Positions 1 through 10,870 of a stretch of 64,000 nt of DNA are shown piece by piece. The notes below the pieces were generated by a model. The model had not been told where the DNA came from. It saw only the letters and a program-made list of their open reading frames with translations, and made no database searches. Within the stretch, counting starts at the first letter, position 1; every line of letters starts with the position of its first letter. Source of the stretch: Dipteris shenzhenensis. Taxonomy: Eukaryota. The stretch lies in assembly GCA_047967505.1 (NCBI GenBank), contig CM106538.1; one strand, 5' to 3'. A program made the position numbers and the translations under genes.

Positions 1-802
1 GTATGGATTGGACATGCTGTCCAAATATGGGATGACAGGCTGTAAGCCTATTTCAGTTCCTTTGGAGCAGAATGTGAAGCTGAGCACAGATGTAGGTGAC
101 CTTCTGGAAGACCCTACTATGTACAGACGCACAGTAGGAAGTTTGATTTATATGACTATTACCAGGCCAGATTTGAGCTATGCTGTTGGATTGGTAAGTT
201 AGTTTATGCAGGCTCCAAGGAAACCGCATTTGGATGCAGCTAGACGCATACTCAGGTATGTGAAGTCCACATTGCAGTATGGACTATTTTATGAGGCTAG
301 GGTTGAGATACAGTTGCATGGATACACTGATGCTGATTGGGCTGGTAGTATTTCTGATAGACGATCTACCAGTGGATATGTGTTCTCTTTTGGGAGTGCT
401 GCAGTCACCTGGAGCAGTAAGAAATAGCCTACAGTTGCCTTGTCGAGCACAGAGGCTGAGTATAGGGGTGCAACAATGGCTGCATGTGAGGTAGCTTGGT
501 TGCATAAGCTACTTTATGATATGCATCAGTCTATAGATGGGCCAGTTGTCATTTATTGTGACAACATGAGCAGTATACACTTGGCAAATAACCCAGCCTA
601 TCATGTTAGAACAAAGCACATTGACGTGCATTATCACTATGTGCGGGAGAAGGTTTTACTAGGTCTTATTGATCTAGTTTATGTCAACACAGAGGATCAG
701 GTAGCTGACGTATTCACAAAGGCATTGGGCGTAGAGAAGCCGTGCAAGTTTAGAGACTTGCTTGGTGTGGGAATTGGGATTGAGCTCGAGGGGGAGTGTT
801 GA
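1..802 (+). pseudogene. pol: Ty1/Copia pol 3' end (RT C-terminus + RNase H), family A, with premature stops
   Basis: In-frame segments read TRPDLSYAVGLVS*, GYTDADWAG...RRSTSGY, SSTEAEY, CDN and HxRTKHIDVHYH; stops at ~200 and ~425; PPT GAGGGGGAG at 788-796. Confidence 0.95.
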
Positions 803-1149
803 GATATCGAGCTAATCCACTCGTGATATGCTAGGGTGACTGTTGTGCATTTATGTCACCGACTTGTTAGCTGAAGATGCAGTTGGTACACCGCCCACGA
901 ATAATAGCTGGATGATAGCTATCCTTATCTACTCTAGTTCGTGGCTCACTTAGTATGCCACCTTAGTTAGCTGAGTTTGGTTTGAGACCCACATATAGGG
1001 TTCTTCTATTTCTTTGTACTAGAGTTGTTTTGGCTTACACAACTAAGAAGAGGAAAACTGTTTTTAGCCTCCACCTTTGTGTATTCCCCCATTGTGTATG
1101 TGAGAAAGCCGCAAGTGAGCTTCCTTCCTTCTCTCCCACTATCTTCATA
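797..1149 (+). repeat. 3' LTR of Copia family A
   Basis: Starts TGTTGAGATATC directly after the PPT; closely similar to the LTR at 61634-63013, which ends ...CTCTTCACA before a PBS. Confidence 0.9.
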
Positions 1150-2745
1150 GGTAGAGGTAACTTTGAATCCACATGTAGTGTACTTTGATCTGATAGCCAA
1201 AAATCAACAAGGTCCTTTGAAGGGAATTCGAAGGACCAAAGGGCCTTTGAAGAAGTGGAGCACAATTTGGATTGGTAATCTGCAAAGGAAACTAGAAAGA
1301 TATCCATCAAGCTTTGGTTGTAGGTTTGAGAACATGGCACAAGGCCACAAGGACAAAAGTGGATATACAAGGTTAACTACAAGTTTTAACTTGACAAAGT
1401 ATAAGGCATAATTGGTGGCTAGAGGGTTTGCATAGACAAAAAATATTGACTATGAAGACTTTCAAGCAAAATGAAGAAGATCCAAGTTGCCATCACAATG
1501 GTAAATCCATTCATAATGATCCATCTTCCAACATGTCCATTCATAGTATATCATCATTCAACATGTCTAAATAAACATGACAACAATGAGGTAATAGCTC
1601 AAATTCAAGATCTAGGGTGACAAGTTTTGTTGACTTTGGAAGGTACTATATGGGTTGAAATAGGCCCTAAGAGTGTGGTGTACTAGAGGAACAACTTTTA
1701 TACTTTAAAAGATTCACTCTGATATGGTGTCAATCATATGCAAACCCATATATCCATTCGAAGGGGGACAATAAATTTATGGTGATCTCATACATGGATG
1801 ATGTGATCATGATGGGGAATCATGAAGCAAATATTGAAGGCGAGAAGACTTTTCTACATGTAGACTTTGATATGAACATACTCAATATGCTTCATTACTT
1901 TCTCAACATTAAAATTTGGAAGGAGAATGAAGGATGTTCTCAACCCATGACTGATCCTACTAGAGATAGTGAAGTGATTTTGGATGCAAGAGTAAGGATA
2001 GATTTACTCCAATGGAGGTTCTAAGACCAGTGAGACTGAGCATGGAAGATGCTACTCAACTATAGTAGACTCAATTGTTATTGACCATAGTTGCTTGTGA
2101 GTTACTATATTTGATAAATACCCAACCCAACGTCACATTTGCTAATATAAGATTGTTGTTATAAGCTTGCATCTACACTAGAGGAGACACACTAGAAGGT
2201 TCAACTTCATGTGCTTTAGTGTTTGATGAGTACCACCCAATATGCAAAAGTTCATTACAAGTCCATCGAGGATCGATTGAGGTAGGCTTGTAGAGCTTAT
2301 CACTACTTGATAAAGCAAACTTACATCATCACCAAGTCCTTTTCTAAAGGATAATTGGAACATCTCATGCGATGATTAGACATAGGCCCACATTCAATAA
2401 TTAAGAGGGCATGTTGGAGACCTCTACCTCACATGTGAGTTCCCATTTGAGGAGGACAAAGAGGCAAGTGGTGATTTGTATTCATTATTTTGAGTGAATC
2501 CAAGTATGAATGGGTAATTTGGTCTTCATATTGAAGGAGAATTATGAACCCAGATTGTGGTCCGAAAGATAGGAGTCCCAAATTAGATTAGGATGATAGG
2601 TAAATCTATGAGCATCCTAAATTAGTATTTCAAAGACAAGAGTGTAGAATTTCAAGCTAGAAGTTGCACAATGGAATCAAGCCATCAACTAGAGCTTGAA
2701 AGTAGAGAGGGGCTTAAGTAACATGTAAGCAATGGACCCATACAG
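1150..2745 (+). mobile_element. Highly degenerate Copia RT/RNase H remnant with PPT and probable LTR from 2412
   Basis: Remnant motifs KYKA*LVARGF (~1396-1430), YGLK*A (~1648) and YMDD (~1791); purine tract TTAAGAGGGCA (2401-2411) followed by TGTTGG; right boundary approximate. Confidence 0.65.
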
Positions 2746-2780
2746 AGATCGAGTTTTTTTTACCACCCACTTGGGTACAA

Positions 2781-2885
2781 CTCTGGGGGCCGGGGGGGGG
2801 GGGGGGGGGTCACTGACAAATATGCAAGCATAGCACATGGGTTCAACATTTTTGTACATTTTTTACAAACAAATGGGTACCATTT
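2781..2885 (+). repeat. GGGGGGTCA-type transposon-end motif with an expanded G18 tract
   Basis: C(G)18TCACT...ATAGCACATGGGTTCAA resembles the reverse complements of 6010-6160 and 26800-26910, and the direct copy at 34364-34405. Confidence 0.45.
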
Positions 2886-3579
2886 AAAGGGGGTATTCAC
2901 ATATTGCAGAATTCCTAACATGATATCAAAGAGGTAAAGGTGTTTGAAAGGTTCCCAGCATAGTGTTAGAGCTTATCATGTTCCCCAACATGGTATAAGA
3001 CTTGCACATACCATCCATTGGACCTACCTACACATTGTGGGTTTTTCCAACATTAATAATATTGCGTGCAACATAGGTGTGTCTCTAACGTGTCTTGCTA
3101 GTTTAGTAAAACAATCAACATATGAAAATCATGTAAGTACTACAATTAGAGTATACACTCCCAAGTTTAACTAAAAGTGTTTTATACTCCTAAATAACTT
3201 CAAAACCAATTCAAAAAAATGAAATTTGAAATTATTTTAATAATTTAAAAGAGATATTCCATTTAGAAATTCCCACCTTGCAACATACTCCAAAAAGATC
3301 ATATTATTTATGTACATCGACCTACATCTTGTTTTCTTGGACATTTCTCTTGAATCAATCGTCAGATTGCATACATGGTTTAAAAAGGGGAAAAGAGAGG
3401 GTTGTGGGGTTGTGTCGGAAGAAATTCTTGTAATTGTGATGAATAATGATTCTATATTGGAAAAATTTAATGAATCTCTTGATGGCTTCTTATAATTTAT
3501 TTGTGCAATTTTGGTCAAGGTCCAAGTCACATTCAGGACATTTCTAGACCTCTCAATTTATGGAGCAACTAGTCTAAAT

Positions 3580-3755
3580 GATAAGAATTCATAAAAATAT
3601 GCCTCCTTTGTCATGTCCTCGATTTGAATTGGAAGGCTTTCCCATGAATAATGTTCCAATAATAAGAAATCACAGACATGCTTCCATCGTCAAGTACTCA
3701 CTTTTGGGATTGTTTTGAGGTTTCCGCATATGTAGGTCCAATTTTAAAATTATAA
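3580..3755 (-). repeat. Two degenerate tandem copies of the last ~95 nt of the reductase CDS, in its 3' UTR
   Basis: After the stop codon the minus strand repeats TATAATTTTAAAATTGGACCTACA...GAGTAC...GGAAGCA...TTCTTAT, then again ...GAAAGCC...GGAGGCATAT...TTCTTAT, matching the end of exon 5. Confidence 0.75.
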
Positions 3756-5534
3756 GAAATGATGTAGATATGCCTCCACCGTCGTGTACTCAAGCAAAGG
3801 GTATAGTTGTGAGGCTTCCCCACAAGTAGGTTCAATGTTGAAATTATAAAGCTCACCAAGGTAGAAAATTAAGTGAAAGTGACCCATCACTACCTTGCGA
3901 TATAAGTCAGCATCTGAGTGACAAAGAGGTGTTAGTGCACAATAATAGTGTTGTTAAAACCATCTCGTATATGGTAAGCTTAGGCGGTCACTTAAAGGAG
4001 AATTAAATGAATAGTATAGCACTTTCGAGAGTGACACTCAATGAAAATATAGCGCGATTGAGGATGCACTAATTTTCTAAATGCATACACCACTTTATAC
4101 ATTTATCAGAGCGTTTAGCTAATGAAAATATGGCAAAGGAAAGACCTTTCATCTCCTCAAGCCACAACTTCTCGGGGATGTAGGTCTTCTCTAGCACTTG
4201 TCCACATTGCTTTTCCCATATGGCTACAACCTCGTTCTGAGAGAGAATGTTTGCAGGTGGGCGAATGTATACTGTGGTGTTGACGACGCGAGGATCCTCT
4301 ATTGTCTTAATTACGTAGGTTCCAACATCCTCTTCGGCGACCCAAATCACTGCAACGAACGTTTCAGCCGTAGTATCAATCCTTCTTACCTTGATTTTCT
4401 ACGGAGGATAGACATGATTTTGAGAAACATGGATTTACATTTCGGGCATGACAACTGAAGATACGATTATTGTTCAATTTTCGTTTATGCAGAATTCAAA
4501 CAGGCACTGTTTCTGAGGCTAGTGATGCCCGTTGCGACCATTTCAGCGTGCACATCAGGCAATGGCTTTGAAGCAAATATATACGAGTACTCCTAGCTGA
4601 ATTTGAGATCGTTGCATATTATACAAGACCTTCTCGTCATCGCACCAGCAGCGACGCTTGTAAGTAATTTAGCAATTCACAAAATGAGTAACACACCCAA
4701 AATTTAAAAGGCTCACCCTTCTTATTGCCGTCTCCGTAGATAAGCACGTTGTCTGCAGGTGGCAAGAACCGGCTAAACTGCGCCAGGCCGGCTAAAAAAT
4801 AGCCCGCAAAACAGTTGGCAGAAACGTATGTGTGCGGAATTCCGGCTGACTCTATAGCACGCCGTACTTTCCGCTTGTCGGTAAAAACATCACCGACGGG
4901 CGAAGGACAATGCGAAACGCGGTCCGGGTCCATGCCAAATTCGGAAGGCAGAAACCTCTAGTACGTCCCCACGATGAGACAAGTGCCAGTCAGATTCAAT
5001 AAATTGCTTTGAATTTATAGCAAACATCAGGGACAGATCAGAAGCAGTACCTTAATATTTCCAGCTTCGTTGATAGCCTCGACGAGCTTGAGTTGATCCA
5101 GCAGCCGGTCTTCAGCGATGGCTGATATCACAATGTCCACCTGCTTTAGAGCCTTTACTAGGGTGCTTAAATCGTGAAGGGAGCCCTGCTATTCAAGCAA
5201 ACATGAACACATTATCGTTTGTATGGAACAGAGGACCCCATATTTATGTTCAGATCCTATCTTGAAATGCTCCCACGCGGGCTACCGTAAGTATGATATA
5301 TTTGATATATTATCAAACGCATTCCGCCGAAAGGATTGAACAATTTCTTACCTCTAGAAACCTGGCGCCAGATTTCTTGAGGGACATCAGCTGGCCGACC
5401 TTGTGCACATCCGATGCAACATCCGGGCGTACGAGCAGGAAGGTGGGATGACCAGCTGCCAAGCTTGCCCGTGCAATGTGCTTGCCGATGTATCCAGTAG
5501 CACCCACGATCAGCACACGGGCGGGCGTCGTCAT
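3750..5534 (-). CDS. NmrA-like / PIP-family NADPH-dependent reductase, most like pinoresinol-lariciresinol reductase (308 aa, 5 exons)
   Basis: Exons 5534-5352, 5185-5051, 4957-4717, 4349-4146 and 3913-3750; all introns GT-AG with consistent phases; 927 nt total. Motifs GATGYIG, RFLPSEFGMDPDR, DKRKVRRAIESAGIPHTYVSANCFAGYF, EEDVGTY and EASQLYP..EYTTVE. Confidence 0.93.
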
Positions 5535-6009
5535 GGTTGAGGAACTCGGCGCCTTTTCTTTGATTCTCTAATTTGAGCGAAGGATCATGGATGTTTTGTT
5601 TCTCGCCGTTCACAACACAATACACTATAATTTGAAGAGGAAGCAATCAGTGCCTGTGTCTCACTTCTCCTTCCCACAATTCAACTGTTAAGGGGGGTGT
5701 GCTGTTAAATCCATGGAGCTCTGTTGAGCAGACAGATAAAGATTGACACGATTACAACCAGCGGTTTTTCCTCTGAGTCTCCGATCCGATTTGCTCGCTG
5801 ATCTGTCTCTAGTAGTTGCGACGTTTAAACTGCACCAACGTGAATTGGACAGGCTTTTGTGACCAACCACTTAACTGAGTCTAGGAATCTATCTATTTGG
5901 AGCAATGCAGAAAATAAAAGCATCCCGAGGTTGGTTAAATTATTGGCACTAGAAAATATGTCACTATCACGTCAGTTCGATATAAATCATATTTCTAATG
6001 AAACGTATT

Positions 6010-6160
6010 TACAAAGGGGTATCATTTTTTTTAAAATAAAAAGCTCCGGTTTGTGTGGACAAAGGGTGTCTTCTAATCATAAAATATTCATAAATAAGGG
6101 ATTTCAGAAGTAGGCCTTAAACGCACATTATATAAAGGGTTAACATAGATTGACCCCCCG
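6010..6160 (-). repeat. GGGGGGTCA-type transposon-end motif (second copy)
   Basis: TAGGCCTTAAACGCACATTATATAAAGGGTTAACATAGATTGACCCCCCG is clearly homologous to TAGGCCTTGAACGCACGTGATATAGAGGGTTTATACATAGTGACCCCCCTG at 26858-26908. Confidence 0.7.
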
Positions 6161-8553
6161 CTAAAGTTATTGGCATAGAAAGATTTTTCTTGAGCATAAT
6201 CAATGTACATAACCAAGACATCATGGGGAAATCATTAGGATGGGAAGAGTAAAGTCATTTGTCATGTTTACACCATCCTCTTTGGCACCGATAGCCAATA
6301 TTACAAATTTACTCAAAATTCGACATTGAGTTGACCATTGTGGAGATATAGAACCTGGTTCTCGACTTGGTTGTACTTGGGAAATTTTTGGAGCTTTCTT
6401 TAAGATGTAAAAATTGTGATCCAAAACAAATAAAGTTATTTTAGATACAAGTTTTATGTATCTAGACCAGAGGTGTTTACAAAACACAATAGTTTATTTC
6501 ATTCATTTTGGAGGACTATCCAGGCTGAGTACCTTGACTCAAAAAGAGAGATCTGGAGCATACATGGAGATGATTCAAAAAGCATAATCTTCAAAGGATG
6601 CCTCATCTTGTGGAGGCACATCAACTGAAAGTAGATTGGCATTTTCTGTCTTTGAAGTTGCTTCCTTTTTGGCTCTACAAAACTTTTCATGATGATTGTT
6701 TTTGCCACAGGGTTTGCATGGATTGATCTTGAAGCAGTCTTTTGAGAGGTAATTAGTCTTCCCATAGTGATTGCAAGGTGAAAACTTGCCCTTCTGGATT
6801 TTTATGGCATAGGCTGTATCATTGCCTTTCCGGAGTTCCATGTGCCTTTCTTCTTCTTGAAGAGCAGAGATAAGACCTTCAAGATTAGGATTAGGAAGAT
6901 TTTTCAAAGTGGTAACAACATGATCATAATCTTCAGACATACTCTTGAGCAAAACTACCGTGGCATCATCTGTAGTGATAAGAGAGTTGATAGAAGCAAG
7001 TTGAGTCATGAGACTCCACATGTAATTGACATGGGCAGCTAAAGGAGTGCCACTAACCATCTTCAATTCAAAGAAAGCAATCTTAAGTGATAATTTTGAG
7101 ATGTGAGAGCTAGCACCAAAAATCATGTCAAGCTTCTGCCAAGCTTCTGAAGGAGACTCTAAGTTAGAGATGTGATGAAAATAGTCATCTCCTAAAGTAA
7201 GAGCAATGATGCCATATGCTTTCTCCTCTCTAGCAGGATCTCTTGTTGGGCATGTCGGAGCTGAGGATTCTCTAGCATTGGAGGCTGTTGAAGAAGAAGT
7301 TGAAGCCGTTTTGACAAGCCCCCAGAGGTTTTCCCTCATCAATGCAAATTTAACCTTCATCTGCCATGTGTGGAAGCCCTTACCATTGAACTTATCTATA
7401 TTCAATATGGTACCCATGAGAGGGTCTAACCCAGGAATTGGGCAGTGTCTTCTCTCTTACAAGGCTAGAAAAACAACTGAAAAGATTCAAAGTATAAGCA
7501 TTTAATGTATCAAAGACTTGTGACCAAATTTCAATCAATGATGCTTTTACTTACATGCTTCATAGAGGTGGCTAAATGAAAGTTTTCCAAGCAAATCTAG
7601 GTGTAACAACTCAAAGCAGAGCTGTATCCACAGTTGTACTGATGCTATTTAACACTTTAAAACATTAGAAATGCTAAAGTAGCATTTAATGTAGCATCAA
7701 ACTCACAACCTTGTCAAAACTGTCCAAAACACAGGCCTTAACTTGGAGGGCTTGTATCTCACTCTCCAAAGAAAAGAAAAAGGGGCTTTCTAAAGAAAAA
7801 GAAAGCTCATTTACCAGAGAAGATCCACTGAGTAGGAGAGGTGCAAATCCGTGTCACGTTGCCATAGCTAGCTTCTTTAAAGTCAACTAGTTTTTCTTTG
7901 TTTTCTCCTTGAATATGCAGCCATTGCTACTCAAATTTCAACACAAGATAGCCCAACGTATGGAGAAGCTTCCTCTGAAAGGAATTAGAGAAAGGTGGAG
8001 CAGGCACAGAGAAAATGTAGAACACAGATTCGACGATCTACGCAAAATGGCGACCAGCAGAGATGATGATACTTCAATTCCTTGCAGGTGAAGGTTTGCC
8101 CCTTTGAGAGGTATCTCCAGCAGGAAGGGCTTGGAGAATGGAGGGGAACCGGAGGAGAACAAGCTTTAGCAAGATTTGGGATGTAGGGGAAGAAATGGTG
8201 AAGATGAAGAAGAAGAAGATGATGTGGCACAAATGGGCTCAAGGGGGATCAAAGGGCTCTGATACCATGTTGGTAAACTAAAAAGAAAGCATGGAGTGAA
8301 AAACTCAGAATTCTTGCTTATGGAATGATGAAAGGTGAGGTCCTTAAGTAGGCACCTCTTACATGATCACTGACATCACTGATGACCTCTGAGCTCCACA
8401 ATCATCTCCTCAATCTGCTCATAGATTCTCTCAATCATCCTATGTGGCTTCTATCACCACTTAACTGTGCTTATGGGCACCTAATTGTGCCTCTAGCACA
8501 CACACATAGAAACCAAGGTGTGCCTGAGGCATAGACCTTGAGATATCCCAACA
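6161..8553 (-). mobile_element. Gag-only (TR-GAG-like) LTR retroelement, 3'-truncated
   Basis: 5' LTR 8268-8553 (TG...CA); PBS TGGTATCAGAGC at 8256-8267 (minus strand); long leader; Gag ORF ending in a stop with no protease or integrase after it; no 3' LTR found. Confidence 0.75.
6575..7417 (-). CDS. gag: Copia-type Gag (280 aa) with two C-terminal zinc-knuckle-like motifs
   Basis: IDKFNGKGFHTWQMKVKFAL, AWQKL and LLKSMSEDY; knuckles CNHYGKTNYLSKDC (degenerate) and CKPCGKNNHHEKFC; uninterrupted ORF. Confidence 0.85.
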   Translation of the reverse strand: MGTILNIDKFNGKGFHTWQMKVKFALMRENLWGLVKTASTSSSTASNARESSAPTCPTRDPAREEKAYGIIALTLGDDYFHHISNLESPSEAWQKLDMIFGASSHISKLSLKIAFFELKMVSGTPLAAHVNYMWSLMTQLASINSLITTDDATVVLLKSMSEDYDHVVTTLKNLPNPNLEGLISALQEEERHMELRKGNDTAYAIKIQKGKFSPCNHYGKTNYLSKDCFKINPCKPCGKNNHHEKFCRAKKEATSKTENANLLSVDVPPQDEASFEDYAF

Positions 8554-8719
8554 AAGCATTCTTCTCCAAACTCAAATCCTTTTGTACTCAAAAACTTTTC
8601 TAGGTAATTCTTTTTCAAGTTCACTTTCAAATTTATGATCTTCTTGTAAAGAAATTAAGGAATAGAAATTAGAGAGAGAAAGATAGAGAGAAAGAGAAAG
8701 AGAGGAGAAAAGTGGTGTG

Positions 8720-9775
8720 GGAGAGTGGCCACGGCTACTGCCACGACAACGAGAGTGAGGAGTAAGGGAGTGGAGGGAGTGGAGTGTGAGGGATTACAGC
8801 CGCTACTGCCCGCTAGTAGCTAGTGTGAGGAGTGAGCGAGTGAAGGGAGTTGAGTGTGATGGATTGGCTACAGCTGCTGTTGCGGCAGTGAGAGAGGAGG
8901 GAGGGAGTGGAGTGAGGGAGAGAGTGGCTGCAACCGCTACCGCGGTAGTGAGAGTGAAGAGTGAGGGAGTGGAGTGTGAAGTGAGGAAGTGTGAGGGAGT
9001 GGCCATGACCGCTTCTGTGGCAGCGAGAGTGAAGAGTGAGGGAGTGGATGGAGTGGAGTGTAAGGGAGTGGTTGTAGCCACTGTCGCGGCAGTGAACGTG
9101 GAGTGAGGGAGTGGCCGTGGCTATTGTTGTGGCAGGAAGAGCCTAGGAGTGAGGGAGTGGCCGCGGCCATTGCCGCGATAGCGAGAATGAGGAGTGAGGG
9201 AGTGTGACAGAGTGAGGGAGTGGAGTGTGAGGGAGTGGCCATGGCTACTGCACTGGCAACGAGTGAGGAGTGAGGGAGTGGAGGGAGTGGAGAGTGAAGT
9301 GAGGGAGTGGCTGTGGCCACTGCCGCGGCAGTGAGTGAGGAGTGAGAGAGCAGCCGCAGTAGCGAGAGTGAGGAGTGATGGAGTGGACTACGAGGGGATG
9401 GCCGCGGTCACTGCCATGGCAGCAAGTGAGGAGTGAGGGAGTGGGGAGTGAAGTGAGGGAGTTGGAGTGTGAGGGTGGCCGCAACCACTGCTGTGGCAGC
9501 AAGTGAGGAGTGAGAGAGTGCAAGTAGTGGAGAGTGAAGTGAGGGAGTGGCCACGGCCGCTGCCACGACAATGAGAGTGAGGAGTGAAGGAGTGGAGTGT
9601 GAGGTAGTGGCCACGGTTGCTGCCATGAGTGATGACAACGAGAGTGAGGAATGAGGGAGTGGAGGGAGTGGAGTGTGAGCAACTGGCCACCACAGCCGCT
9701 CTCGTCATGGCAATGAGAGTGAGGAGTAAGGGAGGATCGAATTGGAGGGAGTGGAGGGAGTGGAGGGAGGGAGGG
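8720..9775. repeat. G-rich degenerate minisatellite (~55-65-bp units built from GAGTGAGGGAGTG and GTGGCCACGGCT..GCC motifs)
   Basis: Directly visible recurring units with strong G/A strand asymmetry. Confidence 0.9.
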
Positions 9776-9800
9776 GGAGAGAGAGAGAGAGACAGAGACA

Positions 9801-9858
<58 letters not shown>
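9776..9858. repeat. (GA)n microsatellite
   Basis: Long GAGAGA run with a few interruptions. Confidence 0.97.
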
Positions 9859-9860
<2 letters not shown>

Positions 9861-9899
9861 CCACATGGGAATGGATTGCAATTGTAGTTTGGAAACGAA

Positions 9900-10870
9900 G
9901 AGAGCCTGTGCTAAGCAAGGTGCTTGTTAGCATTGTCCATGGCCATGCTTTGTTGAGGGGAATAAAATGCTTCACCTGACAGATAAGCACCAAACCTTCT
10001 CTTCAAGGGAATTGTCCCATGCAATTTGTGCCTCATATCTAGATCCTTTTACCTTAGGTCCCTGTATGATGGCACCTTGGAAGTATTCAAGCATTATCTT
10101 TGACTTCATTTTCTTTGCTTCCACAATAGGGAATTCTCCCATACAAGCTTGAGGATCTCGCATCAATTCAAGAAATTAGTTTGTTTTTGGAGGCGGCATC
10201 AAAAAGTGCTTTGCATCTTTCTTGGACTGAAAAAATTGTCTATTGCCAACTCTAGACGTCGTGGCGTAAATTGGGACTAAAGGGTTGTCCTTCTTTATTA
10301 TGATTGCAAGCACAGTGCCCCTCTAAAGCATATTGTGTTTTCCAAAAGTTGCACCCCATGGCTCCTCATGTTCCTTGAAATCCCTATTTGACATCACTAA
10401 GAACAACTTCTTTTTTTTTCGGACCAAGAACCAAGCTCTCTTATTGGTCTTAAGTACACTCCATTGTGGGAAGTCCTTTGGGGCATAATTTTTTCCATCG
10501 TATACTGCCAAGGTCATATCATTGACAAATTCTGAAACATCAACACCCATGACAATATTGGCATGCTCCATGATTCCTATATACAAAAACAATAAGGATA
10601 AGTCATTTTATATAGAACAATAAAATATTATTTGACAAAAGTACAATGTGTGCCACTGACAATCTATCCAATGATACAAGTATGACAATATGCCCAATGA
10701 TACCACTGTCATAATCTGCCCAAATATTGAATTTTGCTCATTGCTTAAGTCTTGTTGTGAGTATGAAACCGCATGTGAGCGAAGGGACTGACTCCAATTA
10801 GGAACTAGTCGGGAAAGTTTGAGGATGACTTCAATTGGCAACTTGGAAACTTATGTCTCCTCTAAGGCAA
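9900..10870 (-). pseudogene. Possible CACTA (En/Spm) transposase C-terminal relic
   Basis: Consecutive protein-like minus-strand fragments (ILKLSRLVPNW; YIGIMEHANIVMGVDVSEF; FQGAIIQGPK) loosely resemble the Tnp2 C-terminal region; an AT-rich tract follows at 10900-11600. Confidence 0.3.

Noticed and set aside
5257-5646. 129-aa ORF overlapping reductase exon 1
   Set aside because: Alternative frame of the real exon; no independent support.
8786-9993. Several 90-200-aa ORFs on both strands
   Set aside because: Low-complexity translations of the G-rich minisatellite and the GA microsatellite.
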